Shown: in pieces, positions 1 to 12,506 of the stretch
Layout: the number at the start of each line of letters is the position of its first letter
Position numbering within the stretch: position 1 is the first letter of the stretch
Assembly (NCBI RefSeq): GCF_006345805.1
Contig: NC_042998.1
Span: 127,906,001-127,970,000 of the forward strand
Direction: 5' to 3'
Origin: Octopus sinensis
Taxonomy: Eukaryota
DNA length: 64,000 bases
Notes under the pieces: generated by a model
Told to the model about the DNA's origin: nothing
The model's database searches: none
Seen by the model: only the letters and a program-made list of their open reading frames with translations
Program-made: the position numbers and the translations under genes

Positions 1-99
1 CACAACACCACCCACCCCACCAAGTCACTACCGTTCAAACGCCAGAAATTATTCAGGGCACCCGCCTAAGGATTACTCAAAATCCAAAGAAGTCGACAC

Positions 100-815
100 G
101 TATAATGGCGAAGCAGTCTCACATAAGCAGGAAGCCATATCTTTCCACGTGTACAGCAATTAAAAATACACGACAAGAAAAAAACAAGTAAATCATTGCA
201 CATAGCTTCTGAATAGCATTGCTAATGGCGAGTTATACCCCTTCCCGGTGCATAATTAGTGATGAAGCATGGTTTCATCTCTCTAGCCACGTAAGTTCAT
301 GGTACTGGACTCTGAAGAATCCTCACTTTCTCTATGAGCAGCTATAATCAAAAAAATACTTGTTTGGTGTACTGTTTCAGCCCTACGCATCATTGGACCG
401 ATATTTTTTCACAGTTCTGTCCTGATCATTTTGGAAGAATTTTGTGCTCAACTAACTGAAGATAAAATATATGTATACTTCTTCCAGTAAGAATTGCTAA
501 ACTTCTCTGGTGTCCATGCAACGCATCCGTGGGGTCTTTCCTGAAGAACGCCCAGTTAGAAAAAACTTCGTCGCTGCCGCGTTCTCCTGATATTTCAACG
601 TGCGATTATTATCTCTCAGGACACTTGAAGAACACGGAGTAGGAAAAAATCGATTCATAACATAGGAACTGAAGGACAACATCACGCATGCAATGGTCGC
701 CATGTACCTAAAGATAGTTAGACGGGCACAGCTGTGTATCGGTTCCACAGAGAACCATTTTCAAAATATATGATGGTGGGTCTTTCCAGCACTTGTAAAT
801 TTATTCCTGTAAATA
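100..815 (+). mobile_element. Degenerate Tc1/mariner-superfamily transposase remnant
   Basis: Frameshifted + strand translation gives ISDEAWFHLSSHV (~256-295), KILVWCTVSALRIIGPIFF (~352-410) and LPRSPDISTCDYYLSGHLKN (~583-640). These match the SDE..F.L, VW...GP.F and PRSPDL.P.D motifs of IS630/Tc1/mariner transposases. Boundaries approximate. Confidence 0.7.
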
Positions 816-1540
816 CAGAAACAAAATTTATCTATACAGAAATAAATTTATCGATCTCGAAAGAATGAAAGGCGAATTTGACCTTTGCCTAAACTTAGAG
901 TGTAAATATTCGGAACAAATACCGATACTCTAACAACTCCACCAACACATCCTGTATATTCGGTAAGAAATACACATAACTTGGACAACAGTAGAATGTC
1001 CGTATGGTACGGATCCCTTACCAAAGAACTGGCTAAAAGCGAACACCTCACGAGAGTAAAGAAGATTTAGTCAATTCAACTCCCTGCCGTCACCCAAACA
1101 TATCACCCACAACACATTAGTAGTGATTATCTTAATATCTGAATTAGTCACTACAAGAACTTAGTGAAACGAATGTAAGAATTCCGAAACTGGTTAGTCT
1201 TATTGGATATTTCAAAATCAATAACGATATAGACTAAATCTCTTATGCAATGAAGGTGACCTTTACCTTAAATCTGTTTTAACGTTATAAGAATCTTGGA
1301 TTGTAACTTTGAAGCACCATCTTTCACAGAAAAATCTTAGCAACTACCTCGCACAGTTTTATGAACACGAAACTATAAATATCTTTAAGATATTTCAGTA
1401 TCAGCTGACAAGAAATGTAAACTGTACAATGCCAAAAGCAAAGACATTAGCCACTGTCAGAGAATGTGCTCTTCATGAAATTTTCCAGTAAGATGTACGA
1501 GAACAATCTGGAATAGAATAAGAAATATAAATAATCAAAT

Positions 1541-2125
1541 AGGCGCAGGCGTGGTTGTGTGGTAAGAAGGCGGCGAGCTGGCAGAAACGCTAGCACACCG
1601 GGCGAAATGCTTAGCGGTATTTCGTCCGCTGCTACGTTCTGAGTTCAAATTCCGCCGAGGTCGATTTGCCTTTCATCCTTTCGGGGTCGATTGAATAAGT
1701 ACCAGTTACGCACTGGGGTCGATATAATCGACTTAATCCGTTTGTCTGTCGTTGTTTGTCCTCTCTGTGTTTAGCCCCTTGTGGGTAGTAAAGAAATAAG
1801 TATTTCGTCCGCCTTTACGTCCTGAGTTCAAATTCCGCCGAGGTCGACTTTGCCTTTCATCCTTTCGGGGTCGATAAATTAAGTATCAGTTACACACTGC
1901 GGTCGATGTGATCGACTTAATCTCTTTGTCTGTCCTTGTTTCTCCCCTCTCTATTTAGTCCCTTGTAGGCAATAAAGAAATAAGAAGCTTGCTTTCCAAC
2001 TACATGGTTCTGGACTCAGGCCCACTGCGCGACACTTTCATCCAAATATCTTCTACTACAGCCTCAAGCTGACCAAAGCCTTGAGAGTGGATTTGGTAGA
2101 GAAAACTGAAAGAAACCTGTCGTAT
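1541..2125 (+). mobile_element. tRNA-derived SINE (family B) 5' half, interrupted by nested family A SINE
   Basis: Head AGGCGCAGGCGTGGTTGTGTGGTAAGAAG at 1541-1569 resumes as TAAGAAGCTTGCTTTCCAAC at 1981. The continuous version is at 16636 (+), 34210-34372 (-) and 62720-62870 (-). Confidence 0.85.
1569..1983 (+). mobile_element. SINE family A, head-to-tail dimer (full unit plus 5'-truncated unit)
   Basis: GGCGGCGAGCTGGCAGAA head, GTTCTGAGTTCAAATTCC B-box-like motif, GCCTTTCATCCTTTCGGGGTCGAT core and AATAAAGAAATA tail. The second unit restarts at TATTTCGTC (1801). Flanked by TAAGAAG duplications. Confidence 0.85.
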
Positions 2126-2139
2126 ATATTCTTTTATTC

Positions 2140-2650
2140 TTTTACATGTTTCAAACATTTGACGGCGGCCAAGCTGGATCACCACCTGAAGGGGTTTTCG
2201 TCGAAAAAGTCGACCCCAGGACTTATTCTTTTTAGGCCTAGTACTTATTCTATCGGTTTCTTTTGCCGAGCCCCTAAGTTACAGATATAAACACGCTAAC
2301 ATCGGTTTTCAAGCGATGGTGGGGGTAGAAACAGATACAAACATAAATATATACATACATATACACACACATATATAGATAGATATACAGATATATATAT
2401 ACACATATATATATATACATATATATATATATGAATATATATATAAATACACACACTCACACATATATATATATATACATATATATTTATACATACATAC
2501 GTACGTACGTATATATATATATATATACGACGGGTATCTTTCAGCTTCCGTCTATTAAATTCACTCAAAAGGTTTTGGTCGGCTCGAGGCTATAGTAAAA
2601 GACACCAGCCCAAGTTGTCAAGCAGTGCGACAGAACCCGGACATGTGTAT
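2140..2650 (-). mobile_element. SINE family B copy (minus strand) with internal TA/CA microsatellite
   Basis: Reverse complement of the family B body (GTCGACCCCAGGACTTATTCT, CACCAACATCGGT, CTTTCAGCTTCCGTCT...), collinear with 33955-34372 and 62462-62870. Confidence 0.8.
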
Positions 2651-2656
2651 ATGTGT

Positions 2657-2659
<3 letters not shown>

Positions 2660-2696
<37 letters not shown>

Positions 2697-2905
2697 TTGT
2701 ATCTTAGCGTGTGTTTGCCCCGACCAACACTTGACGAACAATGCTGGTGTGTTTACGTCCCCGTAACTTAGCAATTCGGCAAGCGAGATCGTTAAAATAA
2801 GTAACAGATTTTTTTTTTTGTTAAAGTGTTTTGATCGATTCACTCGATTAAAAATTCATTATGATGGTGCTTCAGCATGACCGCAATCTAATGGCTGAAA
2901 CAAGT
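2660..2905 (+). mobile_element. SINE family B 3' half
   Basis: (CA)n followed by TTGACGAACAATGCTGGTGTGTTTACGTCCCCGTAACTTAGC and the GGTGCTTCAGCATGACCGCAATCTAATGGCTGAAACAAGTAAAAG tail. Confidence 0.75.
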
Positions 2906-3384
2906 AAAAGATAAAAAAAAATAAAGATGAGAATAGAGAGAATGACAGAAGAAGTGTATATTAATGGACCCTAAAAACTAAAAACAACAACAAAATTAAA
3001 CTCAACCAATTTCGTATTTTTGTTTGAAATCATCCTGATTAACTGAGAAAGTCAGCTGCACAATGTGGTAAGTGAAAAAAAGGGGAGAAGATAAAATACG
3101 TATTGTATTGGTGAGGGGTTTTCAAATTTAATACCCAACATGTACATCCAAGCATATTGAAGTGATAAAATTGTGTACCTACCGCCTTGGATCAATGAGT
3201 AGCTGAACATAGATTGTTGGTGTAAAGAAAAAAAATAGTTCGATAGTTCATACATTTCAGATGGTCAGGATAGCTGAAACTAAAAATCTGCCTGACCTTC
3301 ATATTTAAATGATGAACGAAAAGAATGACGAAAAGAACAAAAAACCCTCCCCAATCCCACGCCTTTTATATATTTATTTGTTTC

Positions 3385-3787
3385 TTGCCCACAGGGTACT
3401 AAACATAGAGGGGACAAACACAGACAGGCAAAAGGACTAAGTCGATTACATCGACTCCCGTCCGTAACTGGTACTTATTTAATCAACCCCGAAAGGATGA
3501 AAGGCAAAGTCGACCTCGGCAGAATTTGAACTCAGAACGTAACGGCAGACGAAATACCTATTTCTTTACTACCCACAAGGGGCTAAACACAGAGAGGACA
3601 AACAACGACAGACAAACGGATTAAGTCGATTATATCGATCCCAGTGCGTAACTGGTGCTTATTTAATCGGCACCGAAAGGATGAAAGGCAAAGTCGACCT
3701 CGATGGAATTTGAACTCAGAACGTAGTGGCAAACGAAATACCGCTAAGCATTTCGCCCGGCGTGCTAACGATTCTGCCAGCCTGCCG
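3385..3787 (-). mobile_element. SINE family A head-to-tail dimer (minus strand)
   Basis: Reverse complement of 1569-1983: full unit 3561-3787 and truncated unit 3385-3560. Confidence 0.85.
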
Positions 3788-4214
3788 CCTTTTATATATG
3801 TTTACTTAAAACCCTTGGCTAAAGAAAAAAAAACTTTAAATGTCTAATCAGAAAGAGAAACCTTGTATGTATGTATATGTGTGCGTGAGTTAATATTTGC
3901 AAATAATTAGTTATCTGTCTTCATATCAATGATTTTCTCTGCCATAATTAAGCAGCTAATGAAGCAAAAATCTACCTAAATTGAGTATTCAAGGTTAGCT
4001 TGAATTACGTGTTTAACGATATTGTTGTATTCTTTGCTTCATTCCACTCGAATCTATTCTCAAATATCTTAGTCAATCAAAAATCATATAATACAAACAC
4101 CTATAGAAATAAGTATATGTTTGTGAGTTTATATAACAGATTATGCGACTACTCATGTGCGTCTTACACGTATGAGTGCATGTCTTTATCTCTCCTCTTT
4201 ATATATATATATAT

Positions 4215-4306
<92 letters not shown>

Positions 4307-4329
4307 GTAGATCGGTTGCTACTACACAC

Positions 4330-4495
4330 ATTTTTTTTCTCTCCTTGTTTCTTTCTGTTTTCCTTTGTGTGGAAGAGCGTAAGCTCGAAACGTAAAAGAC
4401 TTTTTCAATTCCCGAGCGTTATACTAATACATCTGTTTGTTTTCTACACCACCTGTCTTCGTCTTTTGTTTTTTTTCATGAGTTCTCTCCCTATA
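4330..4495 (+). mobile_element. Short PLE-derived element with degenerate minimal hammerhead motif (4363-4398)
   Basis: CTTT-GTGTGGA-A-GAGC gtaa GCTC-GAAA-CG-TA-AAAG. The same element occurs at 61240-61405 (+) and as a 3' fragment at 54235-54300 (-). All end at (TA)n. Confidence 0.6.
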
Positions 4496-4519
4496 GATAT
4501 ATATATATAGATATATACG

Positions 4520-4577
<58 letters not shown>

Positions 4578-4984
4578 ATATATATGCGTGCATCTGTGCG
4601 TTTGTGTATGTGTATGTGTGCGTGTGTATGTGCGTGCGTATGTGCGTGTGTGTGAATGTGTGTTTATGTGTGTATGTACATAGAGGGAGAGGGAAAACGA
4701 GAGAAATATACATGCACATATACACAGACCGACCGATAAGATAGACTGACAGACAGATAGATAGATATATATTCATACATGTATGAGTTAATTGGAACTG
4801 AAACGCAATATTTTTCAACGAGAAAGGTATGTGTTATTCACCTTTTAAAATAATCTTCATTGCTGTTATCTTTCCCGCTCTTTCGGGAAATTATAGAATC
4901 TATTCTGGATTCTTTTCAAATATTTCTAACTGCACATCGCATTAATTCGCTTTTTTCTAAAAGTAGACAACGCATTTTCTTATA

Positions 4985-5063
<79 letters not shown>

Positions 5064-5117
5064 ATATATTTATATATATTTATATATATATATATTATAT
5101 ATATATTTATATATATA

Positions 5118-5495
5118 CTAGCAGTATCGCCCGGCGTTGCTCGGGTTTGTAAGGGAAATAACTATAAAGGATTTTTTAGAGAGTTATAGCCAAAAAATAG
5201 CAAAAAAATGGGAAAAAAAAGATGGTAAATTTTTTTTGATAGTTAAAAAGGTCGAGTTGCGTCCCCATGACCATCTGTGGTTTGTATTTCTGATTGTCGA
5301 CCCCATGTTGAATTTATCGGAATTTTTCAGAACTGGGGGAACTTTTCAAAATTTTCGCTGCGTTAGTTTTGAATTATGACATTGGGCTATGTGTGTGTCA
5401 AGTTTCATCAGAATCGGTTGAAAGCCGTGGTCAGAGTGAGGGTACAAGCAAACAGACACACAGAAACACACACAGACAAACTGCCGTTTATATAT

Positions 5496-5500
<5 letters not shown>
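5118..5500 (+). mobile_element. Non-autonomous Helitron/Helentron-like element
   Basis: Starts CTAGCAGTATCGCCCGGCGTTGCTCGGG (subterminal hairpin) and ends TTTATATATAGAGAT within a TA tract. Near-identical copy at 23250-23635 (-) and a related copy at 42320-42693. Repeat status is certain; the class is inferred from the termini. Confidence 0.6.
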
Positions 5501-5581
<81 letters not shown>

Positions 5582-6329
5582 CTCTATGTCTGCGTGTGTT
5601 TGTGCGTTTGTGTGTGTGTGTGTGTGTTTGTGTGTGTGTTTGTGTATGTGTGTTTTGTGTATATTTATAGTTTCTGTGTTGAAATTATAAACAAGGCCCT
5701 TGACTCGTGTTACATTCATTGATCTGGGAATGCTTTTGACTGACGTGACATATCGATGTCCCAAAATCCCTTGTACTAATGAATCGCGTGTGTTATAAAC
5801 ATATAATCGTCGTGAAGAGGAAGCCGTTTCCCTGTTACGAACACACCAGTGACTAGGATATTCTCGTTCGAATCCGTTGTAACATATGAAGACAAAATAT
5901 GTAATTCAGAGAGACAGAGACGTGCGTGTGTGCACGCGTATGTGTGTGTGTATTTGTTTGTGTGTGTTTGATTACTGAACGTTAGTACTCAATCGTATTA
6001 GTGACGATATTAAAGTAGTACAGCAAGGTTCGAGACTATTGCTATGAATACTGAATATTGTGAATACAGAATATAACATTTTATCCTGCGCATGCTCAAC
6101 AGGTATTCACTATTGGCACATTAATATCATGTGTGAACGTTACATATAGTTTGTTGACTAGCATTAATTTAATGTTTACATTTGAACAATAATGTTTGTA
6201 TAAATTGTATATACATTTACCTTTGTGAATTATTCACTTTATAACTATATTAACTTCATCAGTAAAACACAATTCTTTCTATATCCGGTTATATGGATCG
6301 CTGGTTAGTAAATGGAAGCACATTAAAAC

Positions 6330-8200
6330 GAAGAAATAGTGAAAACATAAAGATTCAACATGTTAAAACGAAAACTTACTGGTTGGAGCTTCAAAACAGA
6401 GAATTTATAAATATTGTAATGAGTATATAGTCTTTATATCTATATATAACCATCACGAAAGCAAAGAGAAGCCACAGGGCGTTCTGTATTATAAAACATT
6501 GTCCAATGAAAACTTCAAGCTAGCGAATCTTCGCTGACATTTAGAAATGAGATATAAAGAAAACATGAAGAAACTTGTTGAATATTTTTAAAGAGAGCAA
6601 TGAATACTTTCACGATAAAAATCAACAGAAAAAATATCAATTGACTGTAAAAAAAAATGCAGTTTGCATCCTATGATGTGACTTTTTAGTAGGAATGGGT
6701 GAAAAACCACATACAGCTGCTTAAGAATTACTTTTACTTGCTGCCAAAGCTATTACTTCTTGGATTGTTAGAGACAAATTAACAAGGAATTATATAAGTT
6801 GATTTATCGAACAATACCAAGGCGGCGAGCATGCAGAATCGTTAGCACGCCGGGTAAAATGCTTTGCTGTATTACATTCTGAGTTCAAATTCCGCCGACG
6901 TCGATTTTGCCTTTCATCCTTTCGAGACCGTTAACATAAGTATCAGTTGAGCACTAGAGTCGATGTGATCGACTTACCCCCAACCATGAAATTTCTGACC
7001 TTGTGCTAAAATTTGAAACCATTATCAAACAACATTGGGAACCAGCGAATAGAAGATATGCCTGATAACATTAAAAGAGTGAACACTATTCTTTACAATT
7101 AAATCAAAATTTGAATATTTCTCAATATGCCGATTTGACTTTAATTTATCGTTCAGTGAATATTTTTATGTTTTTACCAATAATTGCGAACATATACAAC
7201 TGGTGAGCCTATTTTTAACAGTTTTTTTTAAAGTTTCAGCTCAGAGCTGCAGGCATGATGATGCACCGCCGTTACAGTTTGATCAATTTTATAATTGAAA
7301 ATTAATTTGGATGAGCAAATACGTAAGTCAGCACTGATATGGCTTCTACAACGTTAAAAAAATACAGTGGACTCAAAGCGAATATTCAAGACATATTGCT
7401 GAATAGATTTGCTGCTGCATACATAAAGAAGCATCGGTAGTATGAAACAAGATAGGAAAATAGAAGACGACACTCAAACAAAAATAAAATGCTGTTACTT
7501 TTATAAAAGCTTCTCTGTTAAATTCTCGGATTAAAAGAAACTTTTTGAGAGGTGATGGGTTGATCCTGTGAACAATTGCTCTTGCATTCTTAAATGCGTT
7601 GGCTGTCTCGTAGAAATGTACTTCCAGTATACTCAAGTTGCATAAAGAAATAACATGGCTTTTCATGGTATATCATATCATAGTAGCGAATTCTTCAATA
7701 CGCTTAGATGTCTAACTATGGTGATATACACGTCTGATATTTACATATTTGAATTATCTAAATGTGAGCCTACAACGGAGATCTGTGCGATTTTTAAAGT
7801 TGAAGCTGAAACGGCATCTATGATTATGAAATTAGACAAGTGGTTTGAAAATCTACTGAGCAGTGTGTCTGAATCTTTTCTGATACTCTGGTAACTTCTT
7901 GCAACGTCCGATGCAAATTGTCCGAAGAAAAGAGAAACCATAACATTCAGCCTTTGCAAAGTTAAAAGAACAGATTTAAAGATTATTTCGCTCTTATTTT
8001 TCTTTTCTAGATACCATTAGCAGTTGGATTAGGTATCTACTTAGCGTAAATGTAAAAAACTGTAAAATATTTAGATACAAATGACGAAAACACTTTTGTT
8101 GAATTTTCGTGTGACACTTCACAAGGTCAAGTTTCATTCGGTAAGATTTTTGGTTACATGTAAAATATATATACAGAGAATAGCTATCCAAAACACTGAA
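6330..8200 (+). pseudogene. hAT (Buster/Charlie/ZBED8-like) transposase fossil, interrupted by a SINE
   Basis: Frameshifted motifs in the correct order: KPQ.VLYYKTLSNE (BED finger region, ~6470-6510), GEKPHT...LLL.AAK (~6700-6750), LSNNI..RIEDMPDNIK (~7020-7075), CIHKEA (~7412), FIKASLLNSR (~7500), RWLSRRNVL (~7597), KLDKW (~7828). Boundaries approximate. Confidence 0.75.
6818..7020 (+). mobile_element. SINE family A-related copy
   Basis: GGCGGCGAGCATGCAGAATCGTTAGCACGCCGGG head and GCCTTTCATCCTTTCG core, inserted within the hAT remnant. Confidence 0.8.
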
Positions 8201-10126
8201 ATAATTACTGACATTTACAAATATTTTTGGGAGCAAGCTTCTTCCAACTGTTTTATATAAATTTCAAATACAGACACAGTGTGAATCCAAATCCTGATCT
8301 CCGAATAAAACAGGCTACTGTTGCGCCAGAAATCCAGAACATTGTATCAGTAAAGCAGCATCAATCATCTCATTAAAACAACATTTTCTTTAACTCATGC
8401 TATCAATATTGTATATTAAATTACGTATATCTTTCAGTTCAGAAATGAAACTAGGAAAACTAGCTTGCTGTTTATAAAATACGCTAGTTGAGTAAACGGA
8501 ACTTTCAAAAGTCTAGTGGAAAGAACTTTGGAAGCACTTACACACACGTATATATACACACACACCCATAAGTATATATATATAACATAATATTATGTGG
8601 TAATACTTCAACATGTACAAAAACACTCGACCAGCTGAGAGAGTAAAGATAATCTTAAATTAAAAACCAGAAATCTTGCGAATAGCTACCCAAGTTTTCT
8701 TGGTCGAAATAATAATAACGGATCTAAAAAAATGTTCAGTGTGTTCGTTTGGAAAACTGTATCTATTAAGACACTTGAGAACTTCCAAGGAATACATAAA
8801 TTCGAGGAACGAGATTTTTTTTCTTCATGTCCACATTTTAAAAACTACATCTTGTTGGAATTTAAAAGTAGACCACCAGACACTTAGTAAACTATTAACG
8901 ACTCGTTTACATCTGCTTGATATTGAATTATTGTAACGTTGGTCATCTTCCTTTTTTTTCCTTTTTGTCTTCTTCTTTACAAACGTCTCTTGCTTAGACG
9001 TTATCTGCTCAAAAGACAACAGACAAACGGCCTTGCTTTCAGCTTGATAAGTGGCGGAATAAATTATTATTTCGACCAGAAAACCCTGGGTAACTATTTG
9101 CAAGATTTGTGGATGTTAATTTAAGATTATGATAGACAGATTGATAGATAGAGAGGGAGGGAGAGAAAGACGAGGGAGGGAGGGAGAGATACAAGATGTG
9201 CGTATGTATATGAGTATATATAGACTTATATACTGATTTCAAATTTTGACACATGGCCAACAATTTCAGGAGAGTAGCCATGTCGATTACAGTATGTATA
9301 TATGTTTTAAAGAAAGTGTCGCATTTTCAGATGGGAAAGAGTAAATGCTTGTTTGGTCTTCATTAATAAAATTATTGAGATAATATTTTCCCTCGTTATT
9401 AATAATATAATCCAATCTGTTTGGAAATTGGTGATACCTCGGGCATAAAAGTCTTGAAGTTTTGAAGCAAAGTAACACTTAATATAATTTTTTTTATCTC
9501 CTCATAATTAATGACTTAAACTTAAGAAACATTTTTACATTGAAATAATTTTGCAAGGATTTGATGACACAATAATTAGAGGGAACAGAGCCAGGATAGT
9601 AAGGAATATGAGGCAAAGATGAGGCATATAGAGTCATAAATTGTGATTTGAGCAATATGTGGTCATACAAAAGTAACACCTCTTTATGAAAATCATTCCA
9701 ATTGACAGATTTACTCCCACACTCACCCATTCTTCTAAGCTACATACACCTACACTCTCACGCACACACGTTCAAGTATCCACACACACAGGTATAAAAT
9801 GAGAGCTCAGATTATGCGGCGGTAGCCTTCGAAATGACTTGGGAAGTCACGGTCACTGAAAAGGTTGCGATGGCAATAAATTAAATAAATAAATAAATAA
9901 ATAAATAAACAAAAGCGATTGACTGTTTTACCAATAAATTAAACAAACGATCGATTACTTGGTTAGATAGGAATTTAACCAATTCATCAATAATAAAGAA
10001 GTGTAATTGAGTGTGCGTGTGTTATCATTATTGGCGTAATGACTCTCCCAAGACACATCTGTTTCAACATACGAATTCACATAAAGAATCTTGCAAACTA
10101 AATAATACAGAACGAAGTATACTTAG

Positions 10127-10170
<44 letters not shown>

Positions 10171-10189
10171 CACACACACACACACACAC

Positions 10190-10231
<42 letters not shown>

Positions 10232-10453
10232 ATATACCATTTGATTTAGAAAATAGTAATGGAGATTTTATTCAATTTTGCATAATACAACATAATACAG
10301 AATATTTTATTGTACTTCTTCAAAAAATCTTTGAAGATTCTGTTTCTTTTCTTCTGGAACATTAAGAAATATGAACATAAAAGTTGCACTCAAACTGGAA
10401 TTGAAATATATGTGTGGGTGCACGTATATATACGTTCATATAAATATCGGTTG

Positions 10454-10493
<40 letters not shown>

Positions 10494-10774
10494 CTTATTA
10501 TTTAAATAATGAGGGAGATAAATTGAATATTAATTTAATTAATATCAATTTAAAACCAGTAGTCTAGCATACAAAAATCTGAAAAATCAGAGAAAATTCT
10601 AATACATGTGTATATTTAAGGGGGCAAACCACTAGGTAGTCGGCCGTATGCTAGAAGTAGATCACTTACGATCAAACTACAAAGAAGAGAATGTTCTCTT
10701 GAGGAAACTTCAGCGGACACCAGAACAAAATGCGGGCAAGACAGATGAAAATTAAATAAAAAGTCAGAATTACT

Positions 10775-10847
10775 CACAGACCGGCGGTTTCGCCTATTAA
10801 CGAATGAATCACTTATGTAATCCATTGTCCGTAGGCTCGGCAGTGTG
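10775..10847 (-). ncRNA. Hammerhead ribozyme mirror copy with core mutation (CTGCCGA)
   Basis: Reverse complement of 10883-10955 with A-to-C in the conserved CUGA. Probably inactive. Confidence 0.65.
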
Positions 10848-10882
10848 GTTAGCTTTACAAATTGCATTACCTGTGGAACGAC

Positions 10883-10955
10883 CACACTGACGAGCCTACG
10901 GGCAATGGATTACATAAGTGATTCATTCGTTAATAGGCGAAACCGCTGGTCTGTG
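10883..10955 (+). ncRNA. Type I hammerhead ribozyme, intact core
   Basis: Stem I CACA/TGTG; CTGACGA; stem II GCCTA...TAGGC; GAAA; stem III ACC-GCT-GGT; cleavage triplet GTC (10949-10951). Confidence 0.8.
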
Positions 10956-11389
10956 AGTAATTCTGGCTTTTTATTTAATTTTCATCTGTCTTGCCCGCAT
11001 TTTGTTCTGGTGTCCGCTGAATTTTCCTCTAGAGAACATTCTTTTCTTTGTAGTTTGATCGTAGGTGATCTACTTCTAGCATACGGCCGACCACCTAGTG
11101 GTTTGCCTTTTAATTATATACATGTATTAGAATTTTCTCTGATTTTTCAGATTTTTGTATGCTAGGCTACTGGTTTTAAATTGATATTAATTAAATTAAT
11201 ATTCAATTTATCTCCCTCATTATTTAAATAATAAAATAAATATGTTCTCTAATAGGCAGCATTAACTGCAGTAAATTATTTACTGCGGATTTTGTTTCCA
11301 GAATTTTAGCGCGCCAGAACTAAGACATTTGAAATTAACACCAATGTAATCGGTGAAGCTAGGCACGTGTCTGTTTTTATACGGAAAAC

Positions 11390-11645
11390 TAATGAAATTA
11401 ACGTGCAAATGATTGAGCATTCCATAGAAAAGTGTACACTTAACGCAGTTCTCAGGGAGATTAAGCGTAACGCAGAGTATAACAAGGCTGGCTCTTTGAA
11501 TTACAGGTACAACTCTTTTTTGCTAGCTGAGTGGACATGAGCAACGTAAAAATAAAGTTTGTTGCCCAAGGACACAACGCGTCACCGGGAACTGAACTCA
11601 GGAGCATACGATCGTGAGGCGAATATCACTAAGCCACGCGCCTTC
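11390..11645 (-). mobile_element. tRNA-derived SINE with CORE-like domain (family C)
   Basis: Minus strand reads GCGCGTGGCTTAGTG...GAGTTCAGTTCCC...GTGTCCTTGGGCAAC...CACTCAGCT, a tRNA-like head followed by a CORE-like segment. Confidence 0.6.
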
Positions 11646-11807
11646 ACATACATGCAGGAATATAGACATACATATATATCTATACTATGTTGCGAAAAAA
11701 GTTCGTGCGCCGTGTTAAAATGAGGATCTAAATGAACACACACCACAAAAATATATACAAAAAGCATAATTTCAACATGGCACACGAACTTTTCCCTCAA
11801 CCTAATT

Positions 11808-11863
<56 letters not shown>

Positions 11864-12389
11864 CACACACACATATATATATATATAGGTATATATATAA
11901 TTAAAGATTAAGCTACAAGTCGCTTCACCACATACCTAAAATTTAGAAATAGTTCATTCTTTTTTGCTATAGATATGACTCCACAGATAACAATATTTGT
12001 AAAGAAGAAAAAATAACGAAATCAAAAATTCTTCGATTAATTATTGACGCGTTTCTGGATTAGAATTATACAAATTCATTTCCGTCATGAACATAATATT
12101 TCGAGAATTTATAAATCTAAAAATGCTAGGAACCTACCCTTTGCATCCCGATCAAGCGTCATCGGAAAATAACAGAAAGTAGTCAGCACATCCAAATTTA
12201 TAGAGACGAGTAAATTCGTATTTTCCCCCCAAGATTACCGTGTACGTCACAGGATAGTACCGCAGAAAGAAAACTGCAGTTTGTTATAAGGCAGTGAAAA
12301 ATCATTACAGATATAGAGTAAATTAAATTGATAGATTAAAATTTAAAAATTAATAAATTAATAATTCTTTACCCTATATCTGTAATGAT

Positions 12390-12424
<35 letters not shown>

Positions 12425-12506
12425 TATATATTAAATTAGAGACAAAACCACTATTATGCAAATCAAACAAAGAAAGACTTAAGCCAATACATAAAATAAT
12501 TTATAT

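Larger units (their letters stand above)
10491..11240. mobile_element. Fold-back (head-to-head) PLE pseudo-LTR element, arms about 360 bp
   Basis: 10491-10850 is the reverse complement of ~10880-11240 at high identity. Each arm carries a hammerhead motif and the left end abuts (TA)n. The mirrored ORFs 10616-10885 and 10845-11165 result from the palindrome. Confidence 0.8.

Noticed and set aside
9790-9910. GC-richer 90-bp segment followed by (AAAT)n
   Set aside because: It may be a retroelement 3' end or small RNA, but it is single-copy in the window with no identifiable motif.
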